Of a stretch of 64,000 nt of DNA, positions 8,823-20,274 are shown one piece after another. The stretch spans positions 160,001-224,000 of the forward strand of contig CAVVUN010000008.1 of NCBI GenBank assembly GCA_963751455.1, given 5' to 3'. Source of the DNA: Nitrospirota bacterium (lineage in GTDB: Bacteria; Nitrospirota; UBA9217). A program made the position numbers and the translations under genes. The notes beneath the pieces were generated by a model. It had not been told where the DNA came from and did not search any database. It was given only the letters and a program-made list of their open reading frames with translations. Position 1 is the first letter of the stretch. The number at the start of each line of letters is the position of its first letter.

Positions 8823-9944
8823 ATGGAATCCTGTGATGTTCTCATCGTGGGCGGCGGCCCTGCCGGCTCCACTCTTGCCTGGAGGTTGCGGGAATACGGC
8901 CTGGACGTATTGGTCCTCGATAAAAGCACATTCCCGCGGGACAAGGTATGCGCAGGCTGGATCACGCCGCAGACTACAGAGCTCCTGCATCTGGACAAGG
9001 TTGACTATTCCCGCGAGCGGGTGCTGCAGAACATCACCGGGTTCCGGACGGGCATGCTCGGGGGGGCCGAAGTCGTTACCCGGTATGGAAGCACGGTAAG
9101 CTACGGCATCCGGCGTTCTGAATTTGATCACTACCTCCTGCGGCGCAGCAGGGCTCGTTTGCGGCTCGGGGAGCCCGTCAAGACCATGGAGCGGAAAAAG
9201 AACGACTGGATCATAAATGGTAACGTGCGGACCAGCCTGGTGATCGGCGCGGGAGGCCATTTCTGCCCTGTTTCAAGATTCATGAGAGGAAATAGGGCGC
9301 GAAGAGAACCCGCGATCCTCGCCCAGGAAGTCGAATTTGAATTGAACGGGTCCCAACAGCGCGAGTGCCGCGTGGCGGCAGATACTCCCGAGCTCTATTT
9401 TTGCGAAGACCTGAAGGGGTACGGATGGTGTGTACGAAAAGAGAATTTCCTCAACATCGGGCTCGGCCGTGAAGACAACAGGAACGTCGCGGAGCAGGTG
9501 AGGTCGTTCGTTGGTTATCTTAAAGAGAGAAAGAGGATCCCGCTGAATACCCCCGCAGACTTCAGGGGCCATGCCTATATGCTGTACCACGGCCAGTCTC
9601 AAGCCCTTGTTGATGACGGCGTGATGCTCATCGGAGATGCAGCCGGACTTGCCTATCCAAAAAGCGGGGAGGGCATCAGGCCGGCTGTGGAATCCGCCTT
9701 GACAGCCGCGGAAGTTATCCTTTCAGCTGCCGGAGATTATAAGCGCAACAGGCTTTTACGATATTCGGCCCTGTTGGCGCAGAGATTCGGTAAGGGCAAT
9801 CGCGCTTCCGACCTCTTGCCCGAGCCAGTGAAACGTCTCGTGAGCCGCAGGCTCATGCAAAGCCGATGGTTTTCGAGGCATGTCTTGCTCGACCAATGGT
9901 TTCTGCGCTCAACCGACGTCGCAAATAGCAGATTTAACCACTGA
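8823..9944 (+). CDS. FAD-dependent oxidoreductase, geranylgeranyl reductase family
   Basis: DVLIVGGGPAGS, FPRDKVCAG, LIGDAAG..PKSGEGIRPA. Confidence 0.9.
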   Translation: MESCDVLIVGGGPAGSTLAWRLREYGLDVLVLDKSTFPRDKVCAGWITPQTTELLHLDKVDYSRERVLQNITGFRTGMLGGAEVVTRYGSTVSYGIRRSEFDHYLLRRSRARLRLGEPVKTMERKKNDWIINGNVRTSLVIGAGGHFCPVSRFMRGNRARREPAILAQEVEFELNGSQQRECRVAADTPELYFCEDLKGYGWCVRKENFLNIGLGREDNRNVAEQVRSFVGYLKERKRIPLNTPADFRGHAYMLYHGQSQALVDDGVMLIGDAAGLAYPKSGEGIRPAVESALTAAEVILSAAGDYKRNRLLRYSALLAQRFGKGNRASDLLPEPVKRLVSRRLMQSRWFSRHVLLDQWFLRSTDVANSRFNH

Positions 9945-10188
9945 GCCACGGAGTTCACAATCGTTAACCGTCTTGAAATGAGCCCTCTCGATCATACACC
10001 CCTCGTCTTTATTTCTGATGTCTCAAAGCGGGGCACATGACGATTCGCCGCTATTGCAGCGATCCCGGCATTAATTCCAAACAGAAAAAGCAAAACCGCC
10101 CAGAAACAATTTGTTCAAAAAAAACTAATTTTATTATTGATTAGCTTCTTTCATACCTCTTGCTATAATCGAAAAAAGGGGGTGTGAA

Positions 10189-11151
10189 ATGGAGAAGGTC
10201 TGGGAAATAAAAAATCCTGAAGAGTATTTGAAACCAAGGGAAAGGAAGCAGCCGGCAAGAGAAACCACGACCCGGCTTGACCTCAAAAACCCGGCCCGGG
10301 CATATACCCTTTCACTTTTTTTCTGGGGAGTCGGCCAGAATTATAACGATGAAAGAGGAAAAGGCCTTCTGTTTCAGTTAGCGATGATCGGCTTGTTCGT
10401 CTCGATTGTTCTTTCCGTTGTGTTCGGCGATTCTGTTCTTGATTTTTTACGTTCTCATCAAATCGGCGCCTCTCAATCCTTCCTTGTTGCCGAACTCCTG
10501 TTTCTCTGTCTGCTGATTTTCTGGCTCTCCATCGCCGGCGATGCATACCACTCGGCTGCAAAAACCAGAAGAACCCGGTTTTCAGGAATACAGAATCATA
10601 TATATCCCTGTATCTGCTCCCTGCTCGTTCCGGGATGGGGCCAGTTTCTGAACGGGCAGCCGATCAAAGGCAGCATTTTTTCGGGTGTTTCCGTTTTCGG
10701 GATCTTTGCAATCGTCTCGATCCCCGCCACCCTGCTGATCTGGAGCCGGCTCGACACTTCCGACACCCGGCTTATAGTTGAAACAGTCTTCGCGATTACC
10801 GTGCTGTATGCGCCGATCGTGCCGTTCATATGGCTCTTCAGCGGCTACGACGCCCTGAAAGTAAGTCTCGATGACCTCAAGAAGGAGTCGTTGTGGGAGA
10901 GGATCAAGTCCGCAAACAACCGCCGCCGGACCCAGGGGTGGATTGACGGCGTATTTCCCAGTTTCAAATCGACCATATTGCTCATACTATTCCTGGTCGG
11001 GCTTTCGATAGTGATCTCCCGCACTTTGCCCCTCGACTTCTATACAGATCTGCTGGCCTCCGGCGGCGCATATTTACGCAATCAGGGAATGATCATCGTA
11101 CCGGACATCATCGACAGGCTCATATTGGTACTGCCGGTAACGGGAAACTGA
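10189..11151 (+). CDS. Hypothetical multi-pass membrane protein with duplicated SLxxxGxGQ motifs
   Basis: LSLFFWGVGQ.YN and CSLLVPGWGQFLNG repeats; several TM segments. Confidence 0.75.
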   Translation: MEKVWEIKNPEEYLKPRERKQPARETTTRLDLKNPARAYTLSLFFWGVGQNYNDERGKGLLFQLAMIGLFVSIVLSVVFGDSVLDFLRSHQIGASQSFLVAELLFLCLLIFWLSIAGDAYHSAAKTRRTRFSGIQNHIYPCICSLLVPGWGQFLNGQPIKGSIFSGVSVFGIFAIVSIPATLLIWSRLDTSDTRLIVETVFAITVLYAPIVPFIWLFSGYDALKVSLDDLKKESLWERIKSANNRRRTQGWIDGVFPSFKSTILLILFLVGLSIVISRTLPLDFYTDLLASGGAYLRNQGMIIVPDIIDRLILVLPVTGN

Positions 11152-11171
11152 TTACGCCCAGGTGCCTGAAA

Positions 11172-11187
11172 TGTGATTTGCATCACA
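11172..11187 (+). promoter_or_regulatory. CRP/FNR-family binding site upstream of ftsH
   Basis: Exact TGTGA-N6-TCACA; TATTGT -10 at 11209-11214 gives class II (-41.5) spacing. Confidence 0.7.
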
Positions 11188-11276
11188 GTAAATCATTTCC
11201 TCCCTTCGTATTGTATCAACAGTATGATTTCCGCAATTCGCCTATCGCGTAGCTGAAATCCCTTTCCGGAGCAATA

Positions 11277-13076
11277 ATGAATACTTTCAAGCAGAACCGC
11301 ATCTTAATACTGGTTGCAGTATTGAGTATCGCAGCCTTTACTGCGTATGGCATATACGCATGGAAACACTATCAGAACGGCGAGACAGGCAGAATAACCT
11401 ATACGGCGTTCATCGACAAAGTACATGCCCGCGAGATCGTCAAAGTCAGGATGGAAGGCGACGCGATCACGGCCGAAGCGAAATCCGGGGAAAAGTTCAA
11501 ACTCTTTCGGCCCGCGGACGCCGAGCTGTCCAAACTCCTTCTCGCAAAGCATATCGATTTTTCAGCCAAACCGCTGGGTTCTGAAATTCCCTGGATGGAA
11601 CTCGGCCTCATTCCTTTTGTTATGGTTCCCCTTTTCTTTATCATGAAGAGGATGACCGTTTTCGGCAAAAGCAAGGCGAAGCCGGTCGACGGATCGCACA
11701 CGAAGACCTTTTTCGTTGATGTGGCCGGGGCCGATGAGGCAAAGGCCGATCTTATCGAAACAGTGGAATTTCTGAAGGATCCGCGGAAGTTTACAAACCT
11801 CGGAGGAAAAATGCCGACCGGGGTTCTCCTTGTCGGCCCTCCAGGTACCGGCAAAACGCTTCTGGCTCGCGCCGTGGCGGGTGAAGCAGGCGTTCCCTTC
11901 TTCGCCATGTCCGGATCCGAGTTCGTCGAGATGTATGTTGGGGTCGGCGCGTCACGCGTAAGAGACCTTTTCAACCAGGCAAAAAAGGCCGCCCCGTGCA
12001 TTATCTTCATCGACGAGCTTGATGCCGTCGGCCGGCGGCGTGACTCGGGAAGCAACGGCGCAAGCGACGAGCGGGACCAGACCCTGAACCAGCTGCTGGT
12101 AGAAATGGACGGGTTCAGCGTAAACGCCGGCATCGTCGTCATCGCTGCCTCAAACCGGCCTGAGGTCCTCGATCCGGCGCTCCTCCGTCCCGGCCGCTTC
12201 GACCGTCAGGTCGTGGTCGGCTCCCCGGACATCAAGGGGAGAGAGGAGATCCTCAAAGTACATACCCGCAACGTGCCGTTGAGCCCCGAAGTCGATCTGC
12301 GGATACTTGCGCGTGGAACACCCGGCTTGTCCGGCGCCGACCTGGCAAATGTCGTAAATGAGGCTGCAATCCTTGCGGCAAGGGCAAACAAAGCCGTCGT
12401 TGAAATGCCCGACTTTGACGCAGCCAGGGACAAAGTTCTTATGGGCGCCGAAAAGAAGTCGATGGTGCTGTCGGAAAAGGCAAAGCTGAGTACAGCCTGG
12501 CATGAAGCCGGCCACGTGATGGTTGCGAAGCTCGTCCCGGGCTGCGATCCGGTCCACAAGGTGTCGATCATCCCGAGAGGCCGGGCGCTCGGGGTCACTG
12601 TGCAAATACCCGAGGAAGACATTCACTGCTATACGAAAGAGATGCTGGTCGGACATATCAAGGTGCTCATGGGAGGCCGCGCAGCCGAAGAAATCGTCTT
12701 CCATACGACCACCACCGGGGCGGGCAGCGATCTGGCCCGTGCAACCGATATGGCGCGAAAAATGGTCTGTGAATGGGGCATGTCGGAAGCATTCGGTCCG
12801 GTCGCATTCGGCAACTCCGAGAACCAGGAACTCGATACGAAAAATTTCAGCAACGAAACTGCGGTGGAGATCGATTCGGAGATCCGGGCAATCGTGACAA
12901 CTGCTTACACGGAAGTTAAGGATCTCTTGTTGGCGCACATGGCCGTTCTAAGGACTCTTGCTTCCGAGCTTATCGTCAATGAAACACTGAACAGCCTGCA
13001 AATTGACTTAATTCTCGGATCCGCTCCCGCACCATTGCCGGAGCTGTCCACAATTGCTTTCCGGACCGAAAGCTGA
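11277..13076 (+). CDS. ftsH: ATP-dependent zinc metalloprotease FtsH (paralog 1)
   Basis: Two TMs, [26 protein letters not shown]. Confidence 0.96.
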   Translation: MNTFKQNRILILVAVLSIAAFTAYGIYAWKHYQNGETGRITYTAFIDKVHAREIVKVRMEGDAITAEAKSGEKFKLFRPADAELSKLLLAKHIDFSAKPLGSEIPWMELGLIPFVMVPLFFIMKRMTVFGKSKAKPVDGSHTKTFFVDVAGADEAKADLIETVEFLKDPRKFTNLGGKMPTGVLLVGPPGTGKTLLARAVAGEAGVPFFAMSGSEFVEMYVGVGASRVRDLFNQAKKAAPCIIFIDELDAVGRRRDSGSNGASDERDQTLNQLLVEMDGFSVNAGIVVIAASNRPEVLDPALLRPGRFDRQVVVGSPDIKGREEILKVHTRNVPLSPEVDLRILARGTPGLSGADLANVVNEAAILAARANKAVVEMPDFDAARDKVLMGAEKKSMVLSEKAKLSTAWHEAGHVMVAKLVPGCDPVHKVSIIPRGRALGVTVQIPEEDIHCYTKEMLVGHIKVLMGGRAAEEIVFHTTTTGAGSDLARATDMARKMVCEWGMSEAFGPVAFGNSENQELDTKNFSNETAVEIDSEIRAIVTTAYTEVKDLLLAHMAVLRTLASELIVNETLNSLQIDLILGSAPAPLPELSTIAFRTES

Positions 13077-13207
13077 TTTCTTCCGCTGTCTCTACTCTTT
13101 CGATAAAAGGGATGCCGGTAACAATGGTATCCCTTTTTCGGATCACAAGCTCGCCTCATTCTCAGGTCGCTTCCTTCTTACTTCTTACTTCTGACTTCTC
13201 TTCATCC

Positions 13208-13507
13208 GTATCCCTGCAGACATGGAAGCGCATCGCGACCGAGGCGGGCTGCAACGAACTCTTTGAAAAGTCGGGCCTGACGGATATCAAAGTAAAGCAG
13301 CGGAACGTGGGTTATTTTCTGGACAGCGCTGAAGAGTGGTGGGACATTGTCTGGAATGCCGGGTTCCGGAGGTCAGTCGGGCAGCTGACGCCGGTTGATC
13401 GTGAGCGCTTTAAACAGGAGCATTTGCGGGAGGTTGATGCGCTCAGGACGGACGAGGGCATCCGGCTTGATGTGAACGTCTTGTTCACTGTCGGGAAAAG
13501 ACATTGA
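13208..13507 (+). pseudogene. Probable C-terminal fragment of a class I SAM methyltransferase
   Basis: LFEKSGLTDI..GYFLDSAEEWWDIVWNAGFR; no SAM-binding N-terminus; preceded by TTCTTAC heptamer repeats. Confidence 0.55.
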
Positions 13508-13560
13508 ATGGCCGGCTCAGCTGTGCATTTCGCGCCTGATCGGATATTTCCTTGATACAG

Positions 13561-15384
13561 TCACGCGGCAAGTTTCTTCTCAGGCAACTCCAGGATCTTT
13601 CTGATTTCGTCGCCCTCGATCGTTTCTTTCTCCAGGAGTTGCACGGCAAGCGTTCTCAGCTTGTTCTGGTTGGCTGTCAATAGCCGCTGCACCTTTTTAT
13701 ATGCTTCGTCGATCAACCGCTTTACCTCCTGGTCGATCTCGCGCGCCGTTTCCTCGCTGTATTCCTTGGCTCCCTGCGGGAGCCCCATATCGAGGAACAT
13801 GGGCCGGCGCTCCTTTTCGAAGGTCAGGGGGCCGAATTTTTCCGACATCCCATACTCGGTGATCATGCTGCGGGCAATCACTGCCGCTCGCTGCAAGTCG
13901 TTCTGGGCTCCCGTCGATATTTCATTGAAAACAATTTCCTCGGCAACGCGTCCCCCGAGCATGACGCAGAGCTTATCTTTAAGCTCGGTCTTGGTCATGA
14001 GGTAACGGTCTTCGGTCGGCAGTTGCAGGGTGTAGCCGAGAGCGGCGATCCCGCGCTGGACGATCGAGACTCTGTGCACCGGGTCCGTTGTAGGCAGGAA
14101 CTCCGCCACGATGGTGTGTCCGCATTCGTGGTAGGCAACCGTTTCTTTTTCCTTTTTGTTCATGACCCGCGTTTTCTTTTCGAGCCCGGTCACAATCCTG
14201 TCGATTGCGGCCTCGAAGTCCTTCATGTCCACCTCGGTCTTGCCCTTCCGGGCAGCAAGGAGCGCGGCCTCGTTCACGATGTTCGCAAGATCCGCCCCCA
14301 CAAAGCCCGGCGTCCGGGCCGCCACCACGCCGACGTCCACATCCTTCGAAAGTTTGACCCCGCGGATATGAATCTTGAGGATCTGCTCCCGGTCCTTGAT
14401 GTTCGGCCGGTCCACCAGAACATGCCGGTCGAACCGGCCGGGCCGCAGCAGCGCGGGATCGAGGATCTCCGGTCTGTTGGTTGCGGCCATGATAATGACG
14501 CCTTTTCGGGCGTCGAATCCGTCCATTTCGGCAAGCAGCTGGTTCAGCGTCTGCTCGCGCTCCTCATGCGAGCCCGCGATGCCTACCCCGCGGGCCCGGC
14601 CGAGCGCATCGAGTTCATCGATAAAGATAATGCAGGGCGCCTTCTGCACCGCCTGCTGGAACAGGTCCCGCACGCGCGATGCGCCGACCCCGACGAACAT
14701 CTCCACGAACTCGGAGCCGCTCATGGAGAAGAACGGCACCTTGGCTTCGCCTGCAACTGCCTTCGCGAGGAGCGTTTTGCCGGTGCCGGGAGGACCCACG
14801 AGAAGTACGCCTTTCGGTATACGTCCGCCGAGCTTCGTGAACTTCTCGGGGTGTCGAAGAAAATCGATGATCTCCATAAGTTCTTCCTTGGCCTCCTCGA
14901 CACCCGCCACGTCGTTGAACGTGACCTTCACTTCGCTCTCGCTGTAAATCTTTGCACGGGATTTACCGAAGCTCATGAACGTCTCTCCGGCGCCGCCCGC
15001 GCCCATGCGTTTGAAGACGACGCTCCATATGAGCATAAGAATGGCGAGCGGAAGGATCCATACGAGCAGAAAGTCCCTAAACCAGTTGTCGGTCACCTCG
15101 CCTCGATACGTGATGCCGCTCGCCATAAGGGTTTTTATGAGGTCAGGGTCTTCGATCCGCACGACGCTGAACGCCATGTCTTTGTCGCCTTGCTTCTCTG
15201 ATATCCTGATTCCCCTGATATGATCCTTTGTGATGATCAGGTCTTTTACTTTTTTCTCGGCAAGCATGGTCTTAAAGGAACTGTACGGCATTTCCTCCGC
15301 CGGCGGCTTGGAAAACAGCCGAAACATGCTTATGAATGCCAGAAAAATGAGCAGGTAAAAAAGGACCTGGGAGCTTTTTTTCAT
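13561..15384 (-). CDS. ftsH: ATP-dependent zinc metalloprotease FtsH (paralog 2)
   Basis: [26 protein letters not shown]. Confidence 0.96.
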   Translation of the reverse strand: MKKSSQVLFYLLIFLAFISMFRLFSKPPAEEMPYSSFKTMLAEKKVKDLIITKDHIRGIRISEKQGDKDMAFSVVRIEDPDLIKTLMASGITYRGEVTDNWFRDFLLVWILPLAILMLIWSVVFKRMGAGGAGETFMSFGKSRAKIYSESEVKVTFNDVAGVEEAKEELMEIIDFLRHPEKFTKLGGRIPKGVLLVGPPGTGKTLLAKAVAGEAKVPFFSMSGSEFVEMFVGVGASRVRDLFQQAVQKAPCIIFIDELDALGRARGVGIAGSHEEREQTLNQLLAEMDGFDARKGVIIMAATNRPEILDPALLRPGRFDRHVLVDRPNIKDREQILKIHIRGVKLSKDVDVGVVAARTPGFVGADLANIVNEAALLAARKGKTEVDMKDFEAAIDRIVTGLEKKTRVMNKKEKETVAYHECGHTIVAEFLPTTDPVHRVSIVQRGIAALGYTLQLPTEDRYLMTKTELKDKLCVMLGGRVAEEIVFNEISTGAQNDLQRAAVIARSMITEYGMSEKFGPLTFEKERRPMFLDMGLPQGAKEYSEETAREIDQEVKRLIDEAYKKVQRLLTANQNKLRTLAVQLLEKETIEGDEIRKILELPEKKLAA

Positions 15385-15426
15385 AGTGATACCTCGGGTC
15401 TCAGGAAGAAGGATATCAGCTGGGCG

Positions 15427-15945
15427 TTAAAAGCGGTGGTATACGCCGAGGCCCACGCCGAAATGGAGCTGCGAGCCGGGACTCGGCTCCCACATCTGAA
15501 GCTCCCTCGATTTTACGACCGGGTAGCGGTATGGTATTTCCCCGAGCGGCTGGACTTTCAGGCCTGCAGCTTCACCGATTACGGTTATCTGCCTGCCCGC
15601 ATGGTAAACGGCTGAATCCAGAAATTGACCGGAGGCTACCAGGAACCGCCCTTCCGTCGTATCGGTATCAACCGGCCTTCCCCTCCGGCCCACAGGTCTC
15701 TGAAGCACTTCGATGAACGAGCCTTCCTTCGTGTTCTTCGTCCCGAGGATCACGCCGCCCAGCATGATCCACTTGCCGATATAGCGGTCGGGATCGCGCT
15801 GCAATTCCGCCAGGGTGATGTTTCGGTCGACCTGGTCCAGTGCCTGCCGGGAAAAGGGAGGGGCGCAGCCGGAAACCCAGGATGCCAGGGTGAAAGCCAG
15901 AAGGATTATGAACGGCAGTCGCTTTCCGGAATTAATCACATTCAT
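15427..15945 (-). CDS. Slp family outer-membrane lipoprotein
   Basis: Lipobox VSGC; GG.I..T.N, GRF, FLD.AVY..GR.ITV.G, YRYP. Confidence 0.88.
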   Translation of the reverse strand: MNVINSGKRLPFIILLAFTLASWVSGCAPPFSRQALDQVDRNITLAELQRDPDRYIGKWIMLGGVILGTKNTKEGSFIEVLQRPVGRRGRPVDTDTTEGRFLVASGQFLDSAVYHAGRQITVIGEAAGLKVQPLGEIPYRYPVVKSRELQMWEPSPGSQLHFGVGLGVYHRF

Positions 15946-16171
15946 ATCGGTGTCCCCGCGCATAGTGAAAATAATATAAACAGCGGAGCCATGAGTCATT
16001 TGCTTTTTTCAAGGCGTCTGAAGAAATGTTTTATGAGTACGCTTCTTGAGGTCTTGGGAAGACGGCGCGGGCGCACGAGTAAGGAAAGAACAGCGCTATG
16101 ATCATACCGAGTCTCTTCATGAGCGCCCGTTACCGCTCGTCTTACAGGCAACCGACATCGGTCTTAATGCT

Positions 16172-16435
16172 TTAACCGCCGGTATGGTCTTCTGATTCTT
16201 GCTCGATCTTTTTTCGTACAGGATCGGGAATCTGCAGAAGGCTGAGATCGAAACCCCCAAGCTCTCTCGCCAACAGATTTATTTTATCAGTGGTATGGAG
16301 GTGCTTGTTGATAATAATTCTTCGGCTCTCCATGACCCTGCATGAGCCGCCTTTCGACGTCTTCAGGTCGTCATACGATACCTTGATCGAAAGTGATTTT
16401 GCTACGTTTTCAAGATCGGTAAGAGTAATTTTCAT
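16172..16435 (-). CDS. Small hypothetical protein
   Basis: 87-aa ORF, LENVAKSLSIKV..KGGSCRV..IIINK. Confidence 0.7.
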   Translation of the reverse strand: MKITLTDLENVAKSLSIKVSYDDLKTSKGGSCRVMESRRIIINKHLHTTDKINLLARELGGFDLSLLQIPDPVRKKIEQESEDHTGG

Positions 16436-16592
16436 AACATTTCTTATGGATTTAGTATAGCAGATTGCAGTGTCAATTGAAATTGCGGGATTGGATGCTC
16501 TTGTCTCGCGACGTGCGGGCAGGTCGGGCTTGCGTCTTTTTTATCAGGTGACGGAGCAGCGTACCCGAAACCGGAATACATCAATCTGGCGT

Positions 16593-16718
16593 TTATGCTT
16601 CTTCCTTATGGATTTCCATGATACTTAACACGTTGATATTGGCATCCTTCAGCGCCTTCTGAACATCTACCAGCTTCGCATCCTGAACTTTGAGAACGAA
16701 ATTAGTCTTTGTGGCCAT
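16593..16718 (-). CDS. 41-aa small protein
   Basis: AGGAGG RBS ahead of MATKTNFVLKVQ. Confidence 0.55.
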   Translation of the reverse strand: MATKTNFVLKVQDAKLVDVQKALKDANINVLSIMEIHKEEA

Positions 16719-17086
16719 AACGATCCTCCTGAAAAGATAAGAAATAGATAAACAGCACAAATAAATTATCACAAACTGACCGGACAAGTCAACTCTGAAA
16801 ACCGGCGTTGGCTCGTACGACAGCGGCTTTCAAGGTGTTCAATCCGGACCAGGCAAAAAATACAGGCTGCGTCTTTTACAAAAAAGAATATATCGCGGAT
16901 ATTTCCTTCGATGCGGTAAGCGCTCTTTCAGCCGAATACCTTTAAAAACCCTTGATTGACGCATTTTTTTCGAAAATTTTTCTTGCTATTTTATTTTAGA
17001 CTGTATATACTTTCCTCCGTAATCGGGCAACTAATCTGCCTTGAGGGCGGTTAGAATCATTAATTATTTTTAGAGGAGGGATTTTT

Positions 17087-17374
17087 ATGGCAAAAGCCAT
17101 GACGAAGTCTCAGATTGCTGATCACATCGCAAAGAAAGCAGACCTCAAGAAGAAACAGGCAGTACAAATCCTGGAAGATCTCGCGGCGCTCGCCTACAAG
17201 GAAGCGAAAAATGCATTCACCCTTCCGGGCCTCGGCAAACTCGTGCTGGTTCAGCGCAAGGCGCGCATGGGCAGGAACCCGCAGACAGGCGAAGCAATCA
17301 AGATCCCGGCAAAGAAGGTCGTAAAATTCCGCGTTGCCAAAGCGGCAAAAGAGGCTATCCTCGGCAAGAAATAA
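17087..17374 (+). CDS. hup: DNA-binding protein HU
   Basis: MTKSQI, RKARMGRNPQTGEAIKIPAKKVVKF. Confidence 0.95.
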   Translation: MAKAMTKSQIADHIAKKADLKKKQAVQILEDLAALAYKEAKNAFTLPGLGKLVLVQRKARMGRNPQTGEAIKIPAKKVVKFRVAKAAKEAILGKK

Positions 17375-17400
17375 AATCCCTCAGGAATCATGTAAATCAT

Positions 17401-17434
17401 CAAAAGGCATTCCGGTTTTCGGAATGCCTTTTGT
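17401..17434 (+). terminator. Intrinsic terminator after HU
   Basis: caaaaggcattccg-gtttt-cggaatgccttttg. Confidence 0.8.
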
Positions 17435-17570
17435 GTCTGAAAGGCAACTATTCACCAGGAAGACTCGAAGACACAAAGAAGTGCTCACGGTTGAAGCAGA
17501 AGTAAGTTCGTGCTCATTTGACGAAGGCTGAACCAGCGCGCCTTCGCAGCATACTCAGTGTTTGGAATTT

Positions 17571-18275
17571 ATGGAAATCATTCTCTTCTTACTCTATCTT
17601 CCGGCCCTGTATAGACTTCGTCTTATCCTGCCTGCGCTTGTTATGCACGCCGGTTTGATCGGCTATACTTCGATGCAATATGGAAGGATTCCCCTGATCG
17701 GAATGCATGAGACGCTCGGTTTCCTGGCATTTTCAATCGGCGTTGTTGCGCTTGTTGCCGGCTGGAGACGCAAGCCCCGCCTTTTCACGTTTATAACGGT
17801 TCCGTTGATCGTCCTTCTCCTGGCCGGGTCAGTTGTTTCCCCCCGGTCCATGCCCGGAAGGCTACCGCCGGTGCTGAACACTGTCTGGTTTGAACTTCAC
17901 GTGATTTTGTCGTTTATCTCTTACGCCCTGTTCGCGGTTGGCGCTGTCTTCGGACTGCTTTTCTTTTTTAATAAGGATGAAAAAGCGGACGATCACCAGT
18001 ACCGGAGCATTTTACTCGGTTATGTCCTCTTTTCGATTGCCATGATTTTCGGCGGCGTGTGGGCATATCTCGCCTGGGGGTCATACTGGTTATGGACTCC
18101 CAAGGAACTGTGGACCACCATCGTGTGGTTCACGTACAGTCTTTACCTGCATGCGCGGCTTGTCCGGGGATGGACCGGCCCGAAGGCTGTCTGGATAGGA
18201 ATTATCGGGTTTGTGATCGTGCTGTTTACCTACGCCGGGGTCGGGCTTTTGATGAAAAGCTCGCATGAATTTTAA
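17571..18275 (+). CDS. ccsA: Cytochrome c biogenesis system II haem lyase CcsA/ResC
   Basis: WFELHV, GGVWA..AWGSYWLWTPKE, YLH motifs. Confidence 0.9.
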   Translation: MEIILFLLYLPALYRLRLILPALVMHAGLIGYTSMQYGRIPLIGMHETLGFLAFSIGVVALVAGWRRKPRLFTFITVPLIVLLLAGSVVSPRSMPGRLPPVLNTVWFELHVILSFISYALFAVGAVFGLLFFFNKDEKADDHQYRSILLGYVLFSIAMIFGGVWAYLAWGSYWLWTPKELWTTIVWFTYSLYLHARLVRGWTGPKAVWIGIIGFVIVLFTYAGVGLLMKSSHEF

Positions 18276-18389
18276 GGTTATGGAGCGAGCCGACCGCATG
18301 CGCCCAGTATTTACGAGTGCGGCAGCGCGAGTACAGGGTGTGTCGGCGTATAAATTAACGGCAACGCGGTTGCCTTGGTCCAAATAGTT

Positions 18390-19169
18390 ATGAAAAACTT
18401 TTTTCTCTCACTCAAGACCACCGTCTGGACGCTGTTCGTTCTGGTGTGCCTGTTCTTCCTCGGTTCATACATGATGCCGATGCATCGCGATATTTTCGGG
18501 CCGATGAATGACGGAATTCTCATGAACTGGGTTCAGGCCATAGCTGTGGCTAACCTCTGGCAGACCTGGTGGCTTTTTGTATCTGTGGCCGGGCTCGTAT
18601 TGCTCACCATGAATACACTCGTGTGCAGTTTCCACGCGATCAAAGGCAAATGGACGCGTGACGATTTTCTCCTTCGTATCTCGCCCCAGGCTGTTCACAT
18701 AGGTTTTTTGTTCATACTGCTCGCTCACCTGCTCGGCGCCGGCTGGGGCTATAAGGTCTCCGGCATGCTGCCCGAGGGGGCCGCTGCACGTTTGCCCGAA
18801 AACCGCGGACTGCATCTTGCGCATATCCGCGTTGATGCAGATCCCGCAGGCTATATGAAGGACTGGGCCGCGCAGGTATCCCTGTACGAGAACGACCAGC
18901 CGGTAAAAACCGGCGTGCTTGGTCCGAACAAGCCGCTCTTTTACAAAGGCACCGGAATATACCTGAAAAACCTGAACTTCGAACGCGGCCCAGCTGCAAT
19001 CCTTCTCGTGGCAAAGGACCCGGGCGCTGTGTGGGCACTGGTAGGAGGAATTCTGTTCATGCTCGGGTCCGTGTCGCTGCTTGCGCTGAAGTGGAAAAAG
19101 ACCGGGATATCTCAAATGCAGAATCAAGATAAGCCGCAGATTTCGCGGATTGACGCAGATACCGTCTAA
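18390..19169 (+). CDS. Cytochrome c biogenesis protein ResB/CcsB-like
   Basis: FLSLK, WW..LL..NTL.CS, HIGFL, NKPL.YKG, KDPG. Confidence 0.8.
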   Translation: MKNFFLSLKTTVWTLFVLVCLFFLGSYMMPMHRDIFGPMNDGILMNWVQAIAVANLWQTWWLFVSVAGLVLLTMNTLVCSFHAIKGKWTRDDFLLRISPQAVHIGFLFILLAHLLGAGWGYKVSGMLPEGAAARLPENRGLHLAHIRVDADPAGYMKDWAAQVSLYENDQPVKTGVLGPNKPLFYKGTGIYLKNLNFERGPAAILLVAKDPGAVWALVGGILFMLGSVSLLALKWKKTGISQMQNQDKPQISRIDADTV

Positions 19170-19215
19170 ATTCTTGATATTAGCACTTTCCATCCCTTCG
19201 TGGTAAAATCCCCCT

Positions 19216-20274
19216 ATGACCAATCGCGTTCTCGTTGCAATGAGCGGAGGGGTCGACAGCTCCGTCACCGCGGCCATGCTTTTGAAGCAGGGAATGGCCG
19301 TCGAGGGCATTACCATGAAGCTCACGGCCGGCCTTTGCTGCGATATCGCATCTGCGCAGGCTGTCTGCAGTCAATTGGGAATCCCCCACCGCTTGATCAA
19401 TGCCGAAAAGGAATTTTCGGAAAATATCATCCGGGACTTCATTTCCGAATACCGGCAAGGCCGCACACCGAACCCCTGCATTAAATGCAACGACCTCGTC
19501 AAATTCCGGCTTCTTCTTGATTATGCCGTATCGAACGGCTTTTATTATCTTGCAACCGGTCACTATGCCCGCGTTGAATATGATCCGGCGAAATCGCGCT
19601 TTCTTCTCAAGAAAGGCGCAGATCACGGAAAAGACCAGAGCTATTTCCTTTACCGGCTGACTCAGCCGCAGCTGAAGCACGTCCTTTTCCCGCTCGGGGA
19701 TATGTACAAGACCGCTGTGCGGGCCATGGCGAAAGAGCTGTCGCTTCCGTCTGCGGAGCGTCCTGAAAGCCAGGAAATCTGTTTTGTTCTCGACAACAAT
19801 TACCGATCGTTTCTCAAAGAGCATGCTCCTGATGCGGTCCAACAGGGTGAAATGGTATTGACTGACGGCACCGTAGTCGGCAGGCATGAAGGGATTGCAT
19901 TCTTTACGGTCGGGCAGAGAAGAAAACTCGGGGTGGCAGCGGGCGAGCGGCTCTACGTTATCCGCGTTGAACCGGACACGAACCGGGTCGTTCTCGGAAA
20001 ACAGACAGATCTTGCAACCGGCGAATTTACTGTTTCCGATCCCAACTTGATCGCAGCCGGCCGGCTTTCAAAACCCTTGAACGTGACCGTCAAAATCCGT
20101 TATCGCTCACCGTATGCAGCGGCGGTAATCGAACCCTCGGGTCCCGGCAAAATCCTCGTCCGCTTCGAACAGAGCGTCGCCGGCGTTTGTCCCGGCCAGG
20201 CAGCGGTGTTTTATGATGGGGATGTTGTAGTGGGCGGGGGAATTATCCTAAAAAAGGCATTTGAACACGGATGA
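19216..20274 (+). CDS. mnmA: tRNA-specific 2-thiouridylase
   Basis: AMSGGVDSS, TPNPC..CN, ATGHYA, KDQSYFL, SQEICF, PGQAAVFY. Confidence 0.97.
   Translation: MTNRVLVAMSGGVDSSVTAAMLLKQGMAVEGITMKLTAGLCCDIASAQAVCSQLGIPHRLINAEKEFSENIIRDFISEYRQGRTPNPCIKCNDLVKFRLLLDYAVSNGFYYLATGHYARVEYDPAKSRFLLKKGADHGKDQSYFLYRLTQPQLKHVLFPLGDMYKTAVRAMAKELSLPSAERPESQEICFVLDNNYRSFLKEHAPDAVQQGEMVLTDGTVVGRHEGIAFFTVGQRRKLGVAAGERLYVIRVEPDTNRVVLGKQTDLATGEFTVSDPNLIAAGRLSKPLNVTVKIRYRSPYAAAVIEPSGPGKILVRFEQSVAGVCPGQAAVFYDGDVVVGGGIILKKAFEHG

Noticed and set aside
14023-15201. Long antisense ORFs (392 aa here; also 11399-12142, 12150-12938, 33506-34627, 18465-19325)
   Set aside because: Shadow frames opposite well-supported genes.
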